Assembly (NCBI RefSeq): GCF_001457615.1
Contig: NZ_LN831024.1
Span: forward strand, 4,260,001-4,292,000
DNA from: Pseudomonas aeruginosa
Lineage (GTDB): Bacteria; Pseudomonadota; Gammaproteobacteria; Pseudomonadales; Pseudomonadaceae
DNA: 32,000 nucleotides
Direction: 5' to 3'
The notes beneath the pieces were generated by a model that saw nothing but the letters and a program-made list of their open reading frames with translations, was not told the origin of the DNA and ran no database searches. Positions 27,323-32,000 of this stretch are shown in pieces. The translations under genes and the position numbers were made by a program. Position 1 is the stretch's first letter. Each line of letters begins with the position of its first letter.

Positions 27323-27326
27323 GTGC

Positions 27327-28229
27327 TCAGGACCCCAGGCCGTGGACCTGCAGCAGGTCGTCGATGAAGGCGCGGGCGGCTTCGCTGAGAGGGCGCCCGG
27401 CATAGACGATCATGCTGTGCTCCACCGGATAGCTCAGCCGCTCCGGCAACAGCGCGCGCATCCGCCCGCGCTCGATCCAGGCTTCGGCGTAATGGGTCGG
27501 CAGGTAGCCCAGGTGGGTGCCGGCCAGCACGGCATGGGCGACCGCCTCCATGTGGTAGGCGGTGGCGCGGCTGCGCGACGGGCGTAGCGGCAGGACCAGG
27601 TTTTCCGGCAGGAAGCCATGCATCACCCAGTCACAGGCGGCGATCCGCTCCAGGGTCGGCTGCGCCTCGGCGAACAGCGGATGGCGATCGCCACAGAACA
27701 CGCCGATCTCTTCGCGATACAGCGGGCGGTATTCGAGGCTCGGCCGCGAACGGCTGAAATAGGAGATCGCCAGGTCCAGCTCGCCTTCGATCACCGCCAG
27801 TTCCAGCTCGGTGGGCGAATTGACGAAAAGGTTCAGCTGGACATCCTGGTCGCGCCGCTGGAAGCGCGCCAGCGCATCGCCGAAACGGGCCTGGGGCAAG
27901 GTCGCGAGATTGTCCGCCAGGCCCAGGTACAGCTCCCCGACCAAACGTCCGGACAACGCCTGCGCCTGGTCGCGAAACAGGCCGATGGCGTCGAACATCG
28001 TTCGCGAAGCCTCCAGCACCCGGCGACCCTTGGCGGTCAGTCGGAAGCCGCCCTTGCCGCGCTCGCAGAGCCGGTAGCCGAGGCGCTTCTCCAGGCTGGC
28101 GATGTGCATGCTGATGTTCGACTGGCTCATGTTCAGCTCGGCCTGGGCCGCGGTGAAACCGCCGCACTTCACCACGCAGGCGAAGATGCGCAACAGACGC
28201 AGGTCTAGGTCGGTGACGTTTCTCAGCAT
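27327..28229 (-). CDS. LysR-family transcriptional regulator
   Basis: MLRNVTDLDLRLLRIFACVVKCGGFTAAQAELNMSQSNISMHIASLEKRLGYRLCERGKGGFRLT HTH; the longer ORF start at 28424 is unlikely. Confidence 0.9.
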   Translation of the reverse strand: MLRNVTDLDLRLLRIFACVVKCGGFTAAQAELNMSQSNISMHIASLEKRLGYRLCERGKGGFRLTAKGRRVLEASRTMFDAIGLFRDQAQALSGRLVGELYLGLADNLATLPQARFGDALARFQRRDQDVQLNLFVNSPTELELAVIEGELDLAISYFSRSRPSLEYRPLYREEIGVFCGDRHPLFAEAQPTLERIAACDWVMHGFLPENLVLPLRPSRSRATAYHMEAVAHAVLAGTHLGYLPTHYAEAWIERGRMRALLPERLSYPVEHSMIVYAGRPLSEAARAFIDDLLQVHGLGS

Positions 28230-28459
28230 GGCGGTCCGATCCGGCGCGAGGTCCCGCAGTCTAGCCGAGCGCCGCGACACGCGGCCATCCAGCGGCGGCG
28301 CACGGCGCACCAGAGGCGCTGGCGTATCATCGAAAATCTGGTCTATTCCAATTTCTTGAAAATACGTAGAAAAGTCCCGCCCAAAGGTGCCGCCAGGACA
28401 AGAAAATGCACCAATCCCAGGCAATCCCTCGAAAAAATCGAATCGTTTCGCCCTACTTT

Positions 28460-28711
28460 TGGTCTAGACCATAAAAATACCCAGTGCTAGATTGACCTTC
28501 GCCAGCCGGCCCAGCCTGACCGGATCGGCGCCACGCACCGCCACCAAGCCTTCACAATCCATCTCAGCCTCGGCAGGACCGAGCAGGAGCGCTTCGACAG
28601 CCAACCTTGCGCACGAAAAAAGTCATGGGAAAGGCATCTGGCCTAGACCATGCATCCGGACAGCTTTGCAGCAGCACAACAAGAACAACCTCCCCGCACT
28701 GTCTAGACCCA
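28460..28711 (+). promoter_or_regulatory. Three copies of a TGGTCTAGACCA operator-like palindrome
   Basis: TGGTCTAGACCA (28460-28471), TGGCCTAGACCA (28639-28650), CTGTCTAGACCC (28699-28710), upstream of the MFS gene at 28723. Confidence 0.65.
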
Positions 28712-28722
28712 TAGGGACCCAC

Positions 28723-30056
28723 ATGAACAACCACAACGGTACCCTGCACCGTGGCTGGCAATCGCTCCAGCGCTGGCGCATCCAGATCTTCGTCATCACC
28801 TGGCTGGCCTACGCCGCCTTCTACTTCACCCGCAAGGCCTTCTCGGTGGCCAAGCTCGGCATCGCCGAAGACCCCTCCTTCGAGCTCGACAAGAGCGCCA
28901 TGGCCGATCTCGATGCCCTCTACCTGGCCGCCTACGCCGTGGGCCAGTTCATGTGGGGGGTGTTCGCCGACCGCTTCGGCACCCGCGTGGTGGTGCTCGG
29001 CGGTTTGCTCACCTCGGCGCTGGCGGCGCTGGTGATGGGTACCTTCGCCACCCTGCCGATCTTCGCCGCCTGCATGGTGGTCCAGGGCCTGGCGCAGTCC
29101 ACCGGCTGGTCGGGGCTGTGCAAGAACATCGGCGCCTTCTTCGCCACCTACGAGCGAGGCCGCGTGCTCGGCCTGTGGAGTACCTGCTACGCCTTCGGCG
29201 GGCTGGTGGCGACGCCGTTCGCCGGCTGGTGCGCCTACCGGTTGACGCATGACTGGCGCATGGCCTTCCTGTCCTCGGCGGGAGTGGTGCTGGCGGTGGC
29301 CGTGCTGTTCTTCTTCCTCCAGCGCAACCGTCCGCAGGACGTCGGCCTGCCGCCCGTGGAGGCCGAGGCCGCGCCCCCGCCAACGCGCCCCGGCCGAACC
29401 ATTCCGGCGCCCTGCTGAAGGCGCTCAGGAATCCCCACGTGCTGGTCCTCGGCATCGCCTACTTCCTGCTCAAGCCGGCGCGCTACGCGATCCTGCTCTG
29501 GGGCCCGGTGATCATCTACGAACGCATGCCGGAGATCGGCAAGGTCGCCTCGGCCATCGTGCCTTCGGCCTTCGAGGTCGCCGGGCTGGCCGGGCCGATC
29601 CTCATCGGCCTGGCCTCGGACAAGCTGTTCGGCGCCCGCCGCATGCCGGCCTGCGTGCTCAGCCTGGCGGCGCTGACCGTGAGCCTGGCGCTGTTCGTCC
29701 CGGCGATGCAGAGCGGCAGCCTGTACCTGGTGGTCAGCCTGCTGTTCATGATGGGCGTCACCCTCTACGGGCCGGACTCGATGATCAGCGGCGCCGCCGC
29801 CATCGACTTCGGTACCAGCGAAGCAGCCGGTACCGCCACCGGCTTCGTCAACGGCTGCGGCTCGGTCGGGGCGATCCTCGGCGGCCTGCTGCCGGGCTAC
29901 TTCGACACCCTCACGGTGTTCTTCGTGTTCACCGCCACCGCGCTGCTCGCCAGCCTGCTGCTGGTGCCGTTCTGGAACAGCCGGCCAGGCGCGTGCCGCG
30001 TCGAACCGAAGGCGCATGCCGGCGGGCCGCTGCTGGCGGCCGGCAAGCCGCGTTGA
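28723..30056 (+). pseudogene. MFS transporter of the organophosphate:phosphate antiporter type (GlpT/UhpC-like), frameshifted
   Basis: Frame 1 from MNNHNGTLHRGWQSLQRWRIQIFVITWLAYAAFYFTRKAFSVAK to ...GRTIPAPC* (29418). The C-terminal half continues in frame 3: LLKALRNPHVLVLGIAYFLLKPARYAILLWGPVIIYERMPEIGK... to 30056. Confidence 0.8.
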
Positions 30057-30123
30057 AACCTCGCCGAACCACCGCCCGGCGCCAGGCGTGCCGGGCCAAT
30101 CCCTAGCGAACAAGGAACCGCCT

Positions 30124-30777
30124 ATGCCACTTGCCCTCTTCGACCTCGACGACACCCTGATCGACGGCGACTGCGCGACCCTCTGGGGGCGCTACATGAC
30201 CGAACTGGGCTGGGTCGAGAAGACCGCCTTCCTGCACCAGGAACGCCACCTCATGGAACTCTATGCCGAGGGCCGGCTGGCCATGGAGGACTACATGGAC
30301 TTCAGCCTGGCGCCCATCGCCGGCCGCACCCCGGCGGAGATCGCCGGCGCCGTCGAGGATTTCGTCGCGCGGATCATAGCGCCGCGCATCCACGCCGACG
30401 CCCTGCGCTGCCTGGAACGCCACCGCCAGGCCGGCGACCGCCTGCTGATCATCTCCGCCTCGGCGCACTTCCTGGTCAGCGCCATCGGCCGCCGGCTGGG
30501 GGTGGACGAGGTGCTGGCGATCGACATCGAGGAGCGCGACGGCCTCTACACCGGGCGCACCCGCGGCACCCTCACCTACCGCGAGGGCAAGGTCCGTCGC
30601 CTCGACGCCTGGCTGGCCCAGGAGGGCGAGACGCTGGCCGGCGCGACCTTCTATTCCGACTCGCGCAACGACCTGCCGCTGCTCTCGCGGGTCGACCGGC
30701 CGCACACGGTGAACCCCGACCCGGCGCTGCTCGGGCACGCCCGCGAGGCCGGCTGGCCGGTGCTGCAATGGCGCTGA
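30124..30777 (+). CDS. HAD-superfamily hydrolase (HAD-IB, SerB-like phosphatase)
   Basis: MPLALFDLDDTLIDGD, LLIISASAHFLVSAI, ATFYSDSRNDLPLL motifs. Confidence 0.9.
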   Translation: MPLALFDLDDTLIDGDCATLWGRYMTELGWVEKTAFLHQERHLMELYAEGRLAMEDYMDFSLAPIAGRTPAEIAGAVEDFVARIIAPRIHADALRCLERHRQAGDRLLIISASAHFLVSAIGRRLGVDEVLAIDIEERDGLYTGRTRGTLTYREGKVRRLDAWLAQEGETLAGATFYSDSRNDLPLLSRVDRPHTVNPDPALLGHAREAGWPVLQWR

Positions 30778-30858
30778 GAAGGCGCGCCGCGCTATACCGC
30801 CGGCGGCCCGGAAGCATTACCCTGTAGCCCCCCGGAGCCCCAGCGGAGAAGCGTCGAT

Positions 30859-31575
30859 ATGCGCGACGAGCCGTCCCGACCCCTGACGGTGATCTACCAG
30901 TCCCTGCGCGAGCAGATCGAGCGCGGCCTGCTCGCGCGCGGCAGCAAGCTGCCCAGCGAACGGCAGTTGAGCGAGCTGTTCTCGACCACCCGCATCACCC
31001 TGCGCGAGGCGCTCGGCCAGTTGGAGGACCAGGGCCTGATCTACCGCGAGGAACGCCGCGGCTGGTTCGTCTCGCCGCAGCGGCTGCTGTACAACCCGCT
31101 GGTGCGCAGCCACTTCCACGCGATGGTCGCCGACCAGGGCCGGGTGCCGGAGACCGAGGTGCTCGGCGCGGCGATGATCCCGGCCAGCGTCGACATCTGC
31201 CAGCGCCTGGAGCTGCCGGCGCTGTCGCGGGTGTTCCAGATCCGCCGGGCGCGGCGGGTCGACGGGCGGCTGGTGCTGTACGTCGAGCACTACCTGAATC
31301 CCGCCTACTTTCCCGGCATCGAGCGCTTCGACCTGACTCGCTCGCTGACCGATCTCTACGCCAACCACTACGGCATCCGCTACGGCCGGGTGCGCTTCGA
31401 GATGGTCCCGACCATCCTCCCGGCGGAAGCCGCCGGGCCGCTGCGGGTTTCGGTGGGCAGCCCGGCGCTGCAGATCGTGCGGGTCAACCGCGACCAGGCG
31501 GGCCGCCTGATCGACTGCGACCTGGAGTACTGGCGCCACGACGCGCTACAGGTCAACGTCGAGGTGCCCGAGTAG
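30859..31575 (+). CDS. GntR-family regulator with UTRA domain
   Basis: LREQIERGLLARGSKLPSERQLSELFSTTRITLREALGQLEDQGLIYREERRGWFV HTH plus UTRA C-terminus. Confidence 0.92.
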   Translation: MRDEPSRPLTVIYQSLREQIERGLLARGSKLPSERQLSELFSTTRITLREALGQLEDQGLIYREERRGWFVSPQRLLYNPLVRSHFHAMVADQGRVPETEVLGAAMIPASVDICQRLELPALSRVFQIRRARRVDGRLVLYVEHYLNPAYFPGIERFDLTRSLTDLYANHYGIRYGRVRFEMVPTILPAEAAGPLRVSVGSPALQIVRVNRDQAGRLIDCDLEYWRHDALQVNVEVPE

Positions 31576-31740
31576 CGCTCCGCGGTCCTGTTCCTGGCGC
31601 ATGCATGACCGCCTGGCGGGTTTCCCGCCGCTTCCAGCGCATTGGTCGACCGCTGGGCACGCTGCGTCGACGCTGAGCGGTTGCCGCTGACGGCACGGCC
31701 TGCTAAAAGCGGCGACGACATTCGAAAATGCGATACGACC

Positions 31741-32000
31741 ATGAGCGACAGTGAAAAATCGAATAGCCGCCTGTTCGACCTCGACCTGCTCCGCGCCATC
31801 GTCACGGTGGCCGACTGCGGCAGCTTCACCACTGCCGCCGCGCGCCTGCACTCGACCCAGTCGACCGTCAGCCAGAAGGTTCGCCGCTTGGAGGAAATGG
31901 CCGGACACCGCCTGCTGGAGCGCGGCAACCGCGACGTGTTGCCGACCGACGCCGGCGATACGCTGCTCGGCTATGCCCGCCGCCTGCTGGCACTGAACGA
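31741..32000 (+). CDS. LysR-family regulator, truncated by window end
   Basis: MSDSEKSNSRLFDLDLLRAIVTVADCGSFTTAAARLHSTQSTVSQKVRRLEEMAGHRLLERGNRDVLPTDAGDTLL. Confidence 0.92.
   Translation, partial: MSDSEKSNSRLFDLDLLRAIVTVADCGSFTTAAARLHSTQSTVSQKVRRLEEMAGHRLLERGNRDVLPTDAGDTLLGYARRLLALN

Overview
The window looks like a Pseudomonas aeruginosa chromosomal segment. Species and locus assignments come from recognised protein sequences, not a database search. Core genes, left to right: glucan glycosyltransferase (ndvB-like, 5' truncated by the window), dapE, rlmA-like methyltransferase, a small hypothetical ORF, a CspA-family gene, an RstBA-like two-component pair, nrdA and nrdB. After the accessory block come a small exported protein, an ATP-grasp-like protein, toxA (exotoxin A), an APC permease, an Fe-alcohol dehydrogenase, a LysR regulator, a frameshifted MFS transporter, a HAD phosphatase, a GntR/UTRA regulator and a partial LysR gene. 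The accessory block (about 13.14-20.5 kb) lies between nrdB and the toxA region and has AT-rich stretches. It contains: (1) a single AT-rich gene joining a PD-(D/E)XK-like N-terminus to an AIPR-like abortive infection domain; (2) a hairpin-rich repeat; (3) a phage P1-like module with a candidate C4 antisense RNA, a 24-aa leader ORF and an overlapping, frameshifted antirepressor-like gene; (4) a bacteriocin graveyard with an E3-type rRNase toxin tail (frameshifted) whose downstream putative immunity ORF has a nonsense codon, and a colicin-D-like toxin tail followed by an intact immunity gene; (5) intact pyocin S1 and its immunity gene with a four-repeat P-box. The best leads are the orphan toxin-tail/immunity array, the C4-like module and the nuclease-AIPR gene. 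Each probably belongs to known families; it is the arrangement that deserves follow-up.
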